A stretch of DNA of 64,000 nt from the human T2T-CHM13v2.0 reference genome, Homo sapiens. The notes beneath the pieces were generated by a model. That model did not search any database and had not been told where the DNA came from. It worked only from the letters and a program-made list of their open reading frames with translations. This document shows positions 42,140 through 55,789 of this stretch, piece by piece; position 1 is the first letter of the stretch; every line of letters starts with the position of its first letter. The translations under genes and the position numbers were made by a program. The DNA is taken from the NCBI RefSeq assembly GCF_009914755.1, contig NC_060928.1. One strand, written 5' to 3'.

Positions 42140-43216
42140 TCATATTTATTGAATCTAAGACATCATGGATGGTGAAATGCACCATTATTTTATGCACTGA
42201 CCAAAACTCTTCTTGACCAAACTTCAGTCAGGTTCCTCTGAGCCCTCTTCCTAAGGTCTCAGCCTTCCTTCCATCTTTGCTGGACCTGCATAGCCCAGTT
42301 GTAGCAAGAATCCTATTAAGTTAGTTTATCAAAACTTCCCCTACTCTTGATGTGTCCTCTTAGTCATTTTTCATCCACTGAACCCCCCTCCCGCCCCCGC
42401 TACCCTGTTCCTTAGCTATACCTCCCCACTTGTCCTTGCTGTATTCAGAATTGAGCTCAGTCCTATACTGAGGTTTCTTTTCCCATATTGCAATCGCTCC
42501 TGAATAAAACGTGTTCCAATTGCTTTAAATACTGTCTGGCTCAGGTTCTTTTTAATGGTACCAATACAGAAAAGAGGATACATTTCCAATCAATCCCAGA
42601 TGCAACACCTTAATGATAGTCCTCTGTGAAGCCTGGGTGGGCCACACAGCCTTTGTCCGGACATTTCTTTTTATCTATTACAAACTATTTGGCATTTTCT
42701 CTTGCCTTTGGTTGCACTGCTTGGCCTGTAATAAGAATTCTTTTGCACTTATCTCAGTAACAAAATGTAACAAAGCCTCATAGACCTGTAAGATTTCCCC
42801 TTCTTAGGTCTCCTAAAGCACCTGGATCCTCTTTCCAAGAAAAGAAGGAAATGCAGTCATTACTCCTACAAGGAACTTTTGCTTCACTAATATCAAAGTC
42901 ATGGCAAGTTGCTGTTTCCCTGTCTTTCTGCATATTAAAGTCACTTTTTGTGTCAATACTGAGTAATGGCATAATCTTATTGAAGATGTTTTAAATAGTA
43001 ACTTAAAACCAATGCCTTTGTTGGTGTTGCACCTTTCCAACACTAGACATAAAATCAATTGATATAACAACATAAACAGTTATGACCAAGTTTGCAGGCA
43101 GCAACCATTTAACTCCCCATGGCTGCGGCCCAGTGACAGCAAATCTAAGATGCCTCCCAATTTTAGAGATGCTAAAATATGAGAAAAATGTTTATGACAG
43201 AATTAGTGCCACACCG
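42140..43216 (-). mobile_element. Tc2/pogo-like DNA transposon relic (Kanga1/MER104-like) with transposase N-terminus remnant
   Basis: Ends resemble Kanga/MER104 ('gaatctaagacatc...gcaccattattttatg'; 'aagatgcctcccaattttagagatgctaaaatatgagaaaaatgt'). Minus-strand frames give TSSIRLCHYSVLTQKV, FDISEAKV, EALLHFVTEISAK and GLSLR. Confidence 0.7.
42198..42557 (+). mobile_element. ERV1 solo LTR (MER31/MER67-like) inserted in the Tc2 relic
   Basis: Starts 'tgaccaaaactcttcttgaccaaacttcagtcaggttcctctgagccc'; AATAAA at ~42503; near-TSD GCAC/GTAC. Confidence 0.8.
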
Positions 43217-43499
43217 TGTTATCCATTTACACATTGTACAGGAGCGGTAAACTCAAATGCTCACAAGGCCAATTAAATCAGGTATTTAGCCCGACTCTAT
43301 GTAAGAAACATGTACCCTCTACACCAAATATTTATTTCACTTTTAGCAGAAGCATGGCTTCAAAGGAATATTGAATACTATAAAAAAGCACCAGGCCCCT
43401 GTGGTGGCTTCACAATAGGGAACTAGAGAAAACTGAGGAATGCATGTCTCATCTAACGGAACCAGATACCGCACAGCTCAGATCAAACATTATCATGTC

Positions 43500-43685
43500 A
43501 GTCATCCTTAAGACTTTGGAGGCAGTATTGCCCAGTCTTCTGATTTTTGAAGAGAAATAGGAAATCTGAATTTTTAGGTGAAATCCCTTAAAAATTCATT
43601 CAAAAATTTTAAAATGCCAGACACCCCTCACAAAGCAAATCTACATCACACATTTGGTTCTTCGTTCACCAATTTGTGGCCTATG
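43500..43685. mobile_element. MER103-like hAT-Charlie fragment
   Basis: 'tctgatttttgaagagaaataggaaatctgaatttttaggtgaaatc'. Confidence 0.6.
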
Positions 43686-44324
43686 CAAAATACACCTAAC
43701 GTGCATGGGTCACCCATGTTCTAAACATCACCATTTATCCCACGGGTACATTTAATCCAAAAACTATCAGCATGACTTGAAAGGTAATCATATCATGGTA
43801 ACAACTTTGCCCATGAAGCATGAGGGCATAATAGGTGCCAGTAGAAATACTCCATCAGAAGAGTCATTTGTAGTCCATTTTAGATATGTTTCTTCTGTCT
43901 ACATGAAATAGAACCAATTCACTAGAAGGATTTCAAGGCTTGGAACTGAGAAACAGCAATTTTTCAGAAAGTAAAAATTGATTGTTTTTAGGGCACAAAG
44001 TATTTGTTTAAGAATGAGAATTCCTGCTCTCATTCCCATTCTGATGCTGCTTGGTGCTCCTTGAAAGGCAGCCTCGTCACAGCGGACGTGTAGCTATGAG
44101 CCTCCCTGCTCTCTTGGGGCTGTGTGAGGGGAAGCCCAGACCCTGGGACCCAGAGGACCTGAAAGTGGAGGATGCAGCTGAATACTGGTGAATACCCTTT
44201 GCATTGTCCTCTGCTTCCCAGGCCTCAGAAACATGACTTTCTTTCTTTTCCCTAGGAGAAGGGAGATGGGAGAATGAAGAAATAGAGACTTACTATGGCT
44301 TAACTCATTGCATTCATCTCTGAT

Positions 44325-44460
44325 TTAAAAGCTTGGAGTCAGCCAAGATGCTGAATCCTGAACATACCTGCCCTCATAATGGACTTATGATATCCTCTAA
44401 GGGTACTTTGTTTTCTAGGACTCAATTTTACTATCTGTAAGGTAAGCAGATAAGATTAAA
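44325..44460 (+). mobile_element. MIR fragment
   Basis: 'gcttggagtcagcc...gaatcctg...ctcaattttactatctgtaa'. Confidence 0.5.
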
Positions 44461-44564
44461 CAGGTGTTTTTTCATCTGTGCTCTGAGAAACTTTAAGGAC
44501 TCAGATAATTTGCCTAAGGAGAGGGACTTGGTTTTATGTCGCTTGCATTTGGTCTTAAGAGTAA

Positions 44565-44946
<382 letters not shown>

Positions 44947-45619
44947 CTAGATGATCTAAGTGATCTGTAATGAGGCCTCTCCAGCTCTGACACTTTGTAA
45001 TTACAAAATTTCTTCAACTTGCATGTACTTTTCAATACCATTCTCACAAAGCAAAATGCACAGACATTTAACTCCAGTTTTACCGAAAATATGAGTCAAC
45101 ATGAAAATTCTGGGAAGGCTGAGTATGAAAAGGTATAAATGGCTTTGATTTCTTTTCTTCCAAATGAAGCTTTCTTTTTTCAGATTTTTTAAGAGATGAC
45201 AGGCAAAGAGTATGAGTCTGGGAAAGTAGCTTACACTAGAAAAAAGGAGACCTCATGTCTATTCACTGTCAAACACGTACTCCCTGATTTTGCACATACA
45301 AGTGAAGAAGAGAACTGGGAAATTCTCAGCATTTAAAGGTTCCAGACCATTTTCTTCTGGAAATGCAGGAAATTGCGGTTAAAATAAACTCCACTATGCA
45401 AACTAGGCATAAATCTGACTACTCCTTAAACATACCCAGGAATTTCCCACCCTTTCTGCTTTGCCTGAAATGTCCCTCAGCCCCCTCATCCTCACCTCTC
45501 TAAATCCAGATCAGATCCGGGCTGAATGGAATGGTGAGTCCATTTCCAATCTCTTCTTTCCTCAGCCCCTTTCTTCTCAACTCCTGTAGCACCTGTCATC
45601 TTTTTTTTATTCCTAGTTT

Positions 45620-45790
45620 TGCTTTAAACAACAGAAATTATTTTCTCACTATTCTAGAGGTTAGAAATCCAAAAGCAAGGTGTCTGTAGGTTTGGTATCC
45701 CCTGAGACCTCTCTTCTTGGCTTGCAGATGGTGCCTTCTCGCTGTGTCCCCAGGTGGCCTTTCCTCTGTGTACATGCCCTTGGTGTTCCT
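45620..45790 (-). mobile_element. MLT1 (MaLR) LTR fragment within an L2 remnant (~45450-45985)
   Basis: 'taaacaacagaaattattttctcactattctagagg...tggcttgcagatggtgccttctcgctgtgtcc'. Confidence 0.75.
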
Positions 45791-48700
45791 ATTATCTTTT
45801 ATACTTACCTTCTACAAATGGCTAGTTTTGTCAACTCCATATGGACATACATATGGATAACTTTTACCCTCGTACTCCTGAAGTTAGGGCCCACTTCTTT
45901 TTTTTTTTTTTGTATCCTTCATGGTTTCTTGCACATATGTAAATAGGTAATCAATAAATCAGTTGAAGGATTAAATGAATAATTTTTGCATCTATGGGCA
46001 AAAACACTAGTATTACCATATGAGGGATGACAATATGGGCTCAATAATATGGCACTTTGAGAAAAAAATGAAAACAACCCAATTGTTCATATGGTTGTAT
46101 GAGACTAGATAGTATCATGACAACAGTGCTTACCATATAACAGAAAGTGAAGAAAGTAAGATGTCGGTATAATGCTACAAGTTTAATCATGTGTTTAAAG
46201 AAAATTCATATTTAAAAACCTAGAAGATATTTCAAGAGAATGCTTAGGATGATTGGTTTCAGAGTAGTGTTTCCATTTTTTTGAAGAGTTAATAATGAGG
46301 CTTATATTATTTTAAAAATGAAAAATATAAAAATGAACATGTTTTAAGTTTTTTTTTTTTTTTGCTAAAAGTGATATAAAACCAGTGGGATTTTATTATA
46401 ACAGAATTAGAGGCCCATATGATTGACAATTTTCAAAGAAATCATTTTATAGCAAATATTCTTTTTTGGTATTTCGTAGACTAAAAGTTGCTAGCCCCTT
46501 CTGGAGGTTTCATCATGGGGCTTCCTCTTCATAAATTCCATTCCATAGAGAACAGTGTTGTACCAACATGTCTGTGTCTTGCTACCAAGGAAAATTTCAT
46601 AAGCAAACTGAACCAATTTGTTTCCTAGTGTATGTTTATCCTCATTAAGAGCACAGAGAGTTAAAAAATACGGCAATTATCTCAGATGTCTCTAAAACAC
46701 TTTCATGTTTGAAGCCATGGCCTGGATTGGGTCCTGAAAGATCCAATCTAGCAAAAGCAACAAAGTCTACTAGTAACCTAAGGAAAAGCCTCAGAACATT
46801 TTGTCCTCTGACAAGTACTGACCTGGATCTGATGGTTGAAAAGCCACTAGACAGCGTTTCCAGGGATGGGGGGCATGTCTGCTCCCGACCTAGCTTTAAA
46901 GGAGTATGTGTGTGTGGTTTTGTGTATGTTTATTTTAAGAGAGTATACTTCCCCCAAGACAAAAAAAAAAAAAAAAAAGGAGATAGGATATTTTACCACT
47001 TTTTAAAAGAAGGACCCAGTTACTTCAAAAGACTTGCTCAAAGGAATGTGTCTAAAATAACACATTCCACCTCATATTTCTACAGCTTGAAATATGCACA
47101 AATCACCCCATACTCCTTTTCTGACCTCAATTCTCTTACTGCCTCTAAGTCACCAAGAAAATGCCCCATAGAGCAAAATAAAATTCTAACGTAATCTCTT
47201 TCACAGCTCTTTCCTGTGTGACATAGTCCCATGAAATTATATACATTCACAAATCTGCTGTAGTGTTCCTGGAAACTTTTTCATTTTCTTGATTACAAAA
47301 ACAGCCTTTCTCACACCCTTCCCCTTTCTCCTACTTTTTTCCTACATCGGATGCAGATGTGGTTGTCAGAGTTAGAGCAGCCATATTGCAATTAGGAAGG
47401 AACAGCTGAAAGGAATGCAGAAATCTTGGATCTGACATTGTAAAATTGCCGAACTGAACTGAATTACCCAGTTCCTCCATTTGTTTTGCTGTTTGTCTGA
47501 TTCCTTCTCCACTGTTCTTGAGCCCCTATGTGAAAACGCATCCATCTGCAGACATGCCTATGATGCACATTGCATTACACCAGTGTTGACCAGTGTATGT
47601 GCCCTCAGAATATGTGTTTGATGATATAATCCATCAAAATAGTGGGATGAAGACACGGTATAGAGATAATTTTGTGACCAAATATATTTGGAAAAAAAGA
47701 TGGATACTCTGTTCCCCTTCCAGAGCTTCACAATGCATATAAAACTGTTACAGACTTTGAAAAGGAGAAATACTATTGTAGAGAAATCTAAGCAACATTC
47801 AGAAGCTTCCCAATTTTATTGACCAAGGAACTAATACTTAAATTAATCCCTTTGTCATCTACAGCGCCTCCCTCAGAATTAGGGTTCTGAGGACCACGTA
47901 TGGGAACCACTGTACTACATTCATCCATAATTATTTCATAATTATCATTTTATGCTTTCTTATTTACAAATGATCCATATGTTCTAACAAATTTTAGACA
48001 AACTCCTAGGAATTCAAACCAACGGAAATGTTGACACATACCAGACAAAGGCCGGTATAAGGAAATATGTGATTACTTCTGGCTAGTTACAAATTCCCCA
48101 TTTTCTTTGGCTAGAAGATGCTGTCATTGACACTGTCAGCAATTATAACCTACATCTGCATTTCTGGATGAGACAACTCTTCTCAGGCAAAGTGCTTAAC
48201 ACCTGTATTCCTTGATGAATCTTTGCTGCTGTTCTCTGTGAGGACAATCGCTGAGGTTCTGGGAAACAAGCGATTGTCTCGAATGTATGACATATTTGGT
48301 TTGTCATGTGTTCTTAAGGTCCTTCTTCACCTTGCATGCCGAACTTGCTTTCCCTTTGGGTAGAATTTGTTCTCTTGGCAGAGGTAGTTGACAAACCTCC
48401 AAGGAGAACTGTAGGTTGTAGTCAACCACCTCCAGCATCCTTTTCCAAATTACTTACTCTGTGCCATGAGCCCAGCTGTAGCTATCAGGGTGTGTTTGTT
48501 TTTTCCCTTTGCTCTCTTCATATTGTCTCAATTTTTGAGCCAGAATAATTTAAGCACTAGGGTCTTGTCGGGTTTTGCAACCATGAACAGCCTTACAAAG
48601 TCTAGGCGTTTTGCCAGAAATCTAAACTTTGTTGAACTATGTTAAAAGGTTAAGCGTTTCACAGAGTTTGGCCTCCCCCACCCCCACCACACTCCCTGCC

Positions 48701-49274
48701 TCTGCCTTGTTGGTAAATGTCTGCTTTATCAAGAAATGGAATAACTAATAATGTGCTGGATAGAACATTTTCAACCATCACACTGTAACCATAGTAGTGC
48801 TAAAAACCCCAAACAAATGTTATTCACACTTCTCTCCTTAATCAAAAAGCTGAGGACAGAGAGTCATTGTTGTCATTTCAAGATGAAATGCTACACACTT
48901 TCCATAAAATACAAGTTTTAAAACAAAACTCTTATCAATTATTTGTAAAAATTTCTATGTTAACCAAACAGCTTCACTAAAATGAACGTCAATGAATGAA
49001 AATAAATCACAACCTCTCCAGACTGGAGGGAAGTACTGGTTCCTTGGCCCCTAGTTTTGAAAGCTCCCTGTGGTTATTTCCTGGAACACCGAAAGCTGGT
49101 TTACTCTTAGGAAGCTTCCGAGGTTTCAAGTGCACAGTCAACAAGCCTAATGAAGAGAAAGGAAATTTAAAAATGTTTGCGAATTATCCTGGGTCCCCTT
49201 GTTTCCTTAGCCCCACATCGCAGCTAAGAGTAACTGCTGTCAACTTCTCTGATAAAAGAGTTCCCTCATTTGCC

Positions 49275-49880
49275 TAGTTCTCTCCATCCCCACTGTGGCC
49301 ATCCTGATCCCAGTCACTACCCTCTCTTGCCTGGATTCCTATAATAGTGTCCTAACTGGCCTCCATTCATCCACTCTGCCTCCATTTTCCCAGAGCAGCC
49401 AGGCCATGAGGTCATCAGTGTCTTAAAATAAAAACACAAGCATCTTATCTTCCTTTATATGGCCTCATCTTAAAGCACGGAAGTCTCACCACTTGGAGGC
49501 CTTCTTTCTTTGCTGCAAACACACCAAGCTTATGTCTGACTTTGAGCCACTGTGGGGCATGCCCTTCTGTCATCTTTGGCTGGCTGGCTCCCCGCTGTCC
49601 TCAGTGATCAGCTTAAGTGTTGTCTCCCTAGGAGAGCCTTTCCCAGCCTCACAATCTAAAATCTCTCCTCCTCAAACCCTCTGTTATTCTCTACATAATC
49701 CACTTTTTAAATATTCCACCTGACACTTTCTCTAATATTTTTTCTATTAATCACCTGTCTTCTAACCGCCTCCACTGGTCATGGGCAAGAATCATACCTA
49801 GTTTACTGATGTATCTCCAGCACCTCTAATAGTGCTTGGGACACCAGAAGAACAAGATAAATATGTATTGAATGAATACA
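49275..49880 (+). mobile_element. L2 3' fragment
   Basis: 'ctctcttgcctggattcctataatagtgtcctaactggcctcc'; terminal 'gtatctccagcacctctaatagtgcttgg...taaatatgtattgaatgaat'. Confidence 0.8.
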
Positions 49881-51014
49881 TGAGCAAGACCAGAATAAAA
49901 AATTGGGTGATTGCTGCAGCTCCTGTGGCTTAGCTGTCAAAAGGCATAACAAGAACAGTTATTAGCTACTTTTGGGTAAGGGTCTGTCAGGGACTGAACA
50001 TTTGATAGATGTTTTAGGGTATGCCATGCACATTTGCCAACTGAACCAGAGAAAATACAGCATTTATAGGCACACAAGAAGCTATGTTTGTCTTCTCTTG
50101 TGGGGATATTTGTGTCTTCATCATTTTCAGAATAATATTTCCAAGACAATCTCCTGAGAAGACATTTCCCTAAACAAAGAACATACATTTTTGCTTAATG
50201 AGCTAAGGTAAATGACTGGGGGATTTTTGCTAGATTGCCACAACTTTATAAGGAGTTTATGAACACTCGATTAAGTAAAATAACATAGTGCCCTTACTTC
50301 TCATCAAATAGCCAACTTACATGACTCATATGCATAGGTTGAAAACTACATCTGCAATCAAAGATCAGAGGCAAAATTGATCACTGGAAACTACTTAATA
50401 CATCCTTGGCTTCTAAGCTGGGCTTCATCTAAAGCCAGGATTAACAACGGAAAGCATGACCAGAATGGAATGTGAGGTTTGAACACTGGGGAGAAGATGT
50501 CCCCAGGGCTGTGAACTGCCTTTGGTCAGCAGTCCTGGGAGCCAGGCTTGTTTCAGTCTAATGCAATTTTGCTCTCATGATCAATGGGATGGGAGGAAAA
50601 CTGAGTGAGTAAACACACCAAAATATGTTTTATAAGATAAGAGAAAAGAGAAAGATCATGTAAGGTCACTTCTGAGAGAATGAAGATAATGACAAATGTA
50701 TTGATAGAAGAAAGAGCAAGGAAATAGGCTGCCTCCAGCTTCATATGTAATAGAGCTTATAGAAGGCACAACTTTTTTGAGATTCACACCTCCATAGAGG
50801 CAGCCAAAGTAGAACCTGATCTGATAAAATTAGTGTCCTGCCATTGATCATACCACAGGTAAAGATACTAGATGATAATAAGGATAAGCAACTTCCTACT
50901 CCTAAACTCTCACAAGAGGAAGCATAGGATAAGGAAAAGGACTGCAATCCTTTTTGAAGTATAACATGAAAAGAAAAATTATAGACCTGGATCAAAGAGG
51001 GCACCTCTATCTTC

Positions 51015-51105
51015 ACTTATTTATTTAATATGTATTTATTGGGCAATACTCTGTGCCAGGCATTGCATCTGGTACCAGGTACACAAAGATAACTAAGTTA
51101 TAGGT
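51015..51105 (-). mobile_element. L2 3' end
   Basis: 'tatttattgggcaatactctgtgccaggcattg'. Confidence 0.65.
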
Positions 51106-52388
51106 CTTGAAAATAGGTATCAGGAAAACATGGACTATAACAAGCCCTACACAAGTTGAGGGTGGCTGGAGTGGCAGTGTCAGGCCAAAGAGGGACTGCT
51201 AGGTAAGAAGGGAGAAATATGAGCCTGGTGAGGCCCCAAGTCATTTCTGAAAATATTGATTAAATACAGACATACCTTGTTTTATTGCACTTTGCCTTAT
51301 TGCACTTCACAAATACTGCAATTTTTACAAATTGAAGGTTTGTGGCAACCCTGCATCTGCCAACTCTATGAGAGCCATGTTTCTAACAGCGTGTGCTCAC
51401 TTTGTGTCTATGTCACATCTTAGGATTTCAAACTTTTTCATTATCATTATATCTGGTATAGTGGTCCGTGATCACTAGTCTTTGATGTTACTCTTGTAAT
51501 TATCTGGGAGCATCAGGAGCCATGCCCACGTAAGACAGTGAACTTAATTTATAAATGTTGTGTTTTTATTGCTCCACTGACTGGCGGTTCCCCCATCTCT
51601 CTTCCACTCTTTAGGCCTCCCTAAGACACAATAACTGAAATTAGGCCATTTAATAACCACACAACAACCTCTAAGTGTTCAAGTAAAAGGAAGAGTTGCA
51701 TATCTCTTTCTTAAAATCAAAAGCTAGAAATTACTAAGCTTAGTGAAGAAGGCGTATCGAAAGCCGAGACAGGCTGAAAGCTAAGCTTCTTGAGCCAGAC
51801 AGTTAGCCGAGTTGTGAATACAAACGAAAACTTCTTGAAGGAAATTAAAAGTGCTACTCAAGCAAACACATGAATGAGAAAAAAACAAAACAGGCTTATT
51901 GCTGATACGGAGAAAGTTTGAGTCGTTTGGATGGAAGATCAAACCAGTCACAATATTTTCTTAAGGTGAAGCTAAATCCAGAGCAAGAACCTAAGTCTAC
52001 TTAATACTAAGAAGGCTAAGAGAGGTGAGGAAGCTGCAGAAGAAAAATTTGAAGCTAGCAGGGGTTGGTTCATGAGGTTAAGAAAAGAAACCATCTCTAT
52101 AACACAAAAGTGCAAAGTGAAACAGCAAATGCTGATGTAGAAGCTGCAGCAACTTATCCAGAAGATCTAACTAAAATAATAGATAAAGGTGGCTAGACTG
52201 AACAACAGATTTTCAGTGCAGATAAAATAGCTTTATATTGGAATAAGACGTCATTTAGGACTTCTATAGCCAGAGAAGAGAAGTCAAAGACTCAAAAGAG
52301 AGGCTGACTCTCTTGTTAGAGGCGAATGCAACTGGTGACTTTAAGTCGAAGCCAATACTCATTTACCATTCTGAATGTCCTAGGGTTC

Positions 52389-52835
52389 TGTCTTGGTTCA
52401 TTTCTGTTTCTATAAAGAAATATGCAAATCTGGGTAATTTGTAAAGAAATCAGGTTTAGTTGGCTCATGGTTCTGCAGGCTGTACAAGAAGCATAGCACC
52501 AACATCTGCTTCTGGTGAAGACCTCAGACCGCTTCCACTCATGGTAGAAAGTGAACAGGAGCAGGCAGAGATCACATGGGGAGAAAGAGGTAGAAAGAGA
52601 GAGAGAGAGAGTGAGAGAACACAAGTGGGGAGGGAGGCACCAGACTCTTTTTAACAACCAGCTCTCACGGAATGAATAGAGCAAGAAGACACTCATTAGT
52701 GTGAGGATAGCATCAAGCCATTCTGAGGGATCTGGCCCCCACAATCCAAACACCTCCCACCAGGTCCTACCTCCAACACTGGGGATCAAATTTCAACATG
52801 AGGTTTGGAGGGTCACATACAAAAACTATATAGTA
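52389..52835 (-). mobile_element. MSTB-like MaLR solo LTR inside Tigger1
   Basis: 'ggctcatggttctgcaggctgtacaagaagcatagcacc...acacctcccaccagg...ggggatcaaatttcaacatgag'. Confidence 0.9.
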
Positions 52836-52854
52836 AAGCTTTAAGAATTATGCT

Positions 52855-53773
<919 letters not shown>

Positions 53774-53813
53774 CCTATAATGGTCTGGTGGGAATCTTAG
53801 ATTCAGCTTGATA

Positions 53814-53818
<5 letters not shown>

Positions 53819-53850
<32 letters not shown>
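53819..53850. repeat. (CA)16 microsatellite
   Basis: Perfect CA run. Confidence 0.95.
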
Positions 53851-53854
<4 letters not shown>

Positions 53855-54925
53855 AATTATTACAAGTATTCTCTGCCTGTCATCTATAAATAGAATAATG
53901 AAGCCTGGTTGACAGCACATCTGTTTACAGAATGGTTTACTAAATATTTTAAGCACACTGAAACCTACTGCTCAGGAAAAAAAAGGTTCCTCTCAAAATA
54001 TTACTGCTCACAGACAATGCACCTGGTCACCCAAGAGCTCTGATGGAGGTGTACAAGGAGTCATGTTGTTTCTATGCCTGCTAGGACAACATTCCTTCTG
54101 CAGCTCATGGATCAAGGAGTAATTTTGACTCTCAAGTCTTATTATTTAAGAAATACAGTTTTGTTAGGCCATAGCTGTCATACACTGTGATTCCTCTGAT
54201 GGATCAGGGCAAAGTACATTAAAAATCTTCTGGGAAGGATTCATCATTCTAGACACCATTAAGAACATTCATGAGAGGAGGTCGAAATATCATTAGCTGA
54301 TATTGGAAGAATATCATTAGCTGATTGGAAGAAGCTGATTCCAGCCTTAATGGATGACTTTGGGGGGTGGTTCAGGATGTCAGTGGAGAAAGTCTCTACA
54401 GATGTGGCAGAGGTAGCAAGAGAACTAGAATTAGAAGTGGACCCTGAAGATGCCGTTGAATTTCTGCAATCTCATAATCAAATTGGAACAGCTGAGGTGT
54501 TGCTTCTTATGGATGAGCAAGGAAAGTAATTTTTTGAGATGAAATCCACTCCTGGTGAAGATGCTGTGAACATTGTTGAAAAGACAACAAAGGATTTAGA
54601 ATATTCCATAAACTGATAAAACAGCAGCAAGATTTGGGAGGATTACCTCCAATTTTGAAAGAAGTTCTATTGTGGGTAAAATACTATTAAACAGTATCAC
54701 ACGCTACAGAGAAGTATGTCATAAAAGGAAGAGTCAATCTAACCTTCATTGCTGTCTTACTTTAAGAAATTGCCACAGCCACCCCAACTTTCAGCAGTCA
54801 CCACCCTGATTAGTCAGCAGCCATCAACATTGAGGCAAGGCCTTCCACCAGCGACAAGGTTTATCACTCACTGAAGCTCAGATGATTATTAGCACTTTTT
54901 AGCAAAAAAGTGTTTTTTAAATTAA

Positions 54926-55322
<397 letters not shown>

Positions 55323-55789
55323 TAAGAAGCCAAAAAATGTGTTTGACTCACTGTATTGTCATGTTCTGGAACCAATCCTGCAGTCCCTTTGAGGTATGCC
55401 TGTACTTCTTTTTCTTTTCAGTTCTCTCTCCATCATAGCTCAGTGAATACTACCAAAATATAACTTATTTTTATCACTTTTCTGAACAGGTGTTTTTATC
55501 TCTAAAGACAAGGGGGAAAAAACTCTAAATAAGTCTTTAAAATAGTATGTTAGCAATGGCTACTCCTGATCCTTTATCCTCATTATTTCCAAACATTCCC
55601 CCAAAATGAGATGGTTTCCCTTAATTACCATTTATTACTGTATTAAATAGGAAGCTCCTGTCCACTAACTTGAACACATTTTAGCTGCATTTGAATTACT
55701 CAGTTTTCTGAAAATGTGCAATAATTTCTTTTTTAATTTAAAATATTTTTGCCAAAATTGTACAATTCATTGACAGTGACCACTGACAC

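Noticed and set aside
42700-43320. Apparent conserved enhancer with HOX/MEIS/TCF motifs
   Set aside because: Mostly explained by the Tc2/Kanga-like transposon relic.
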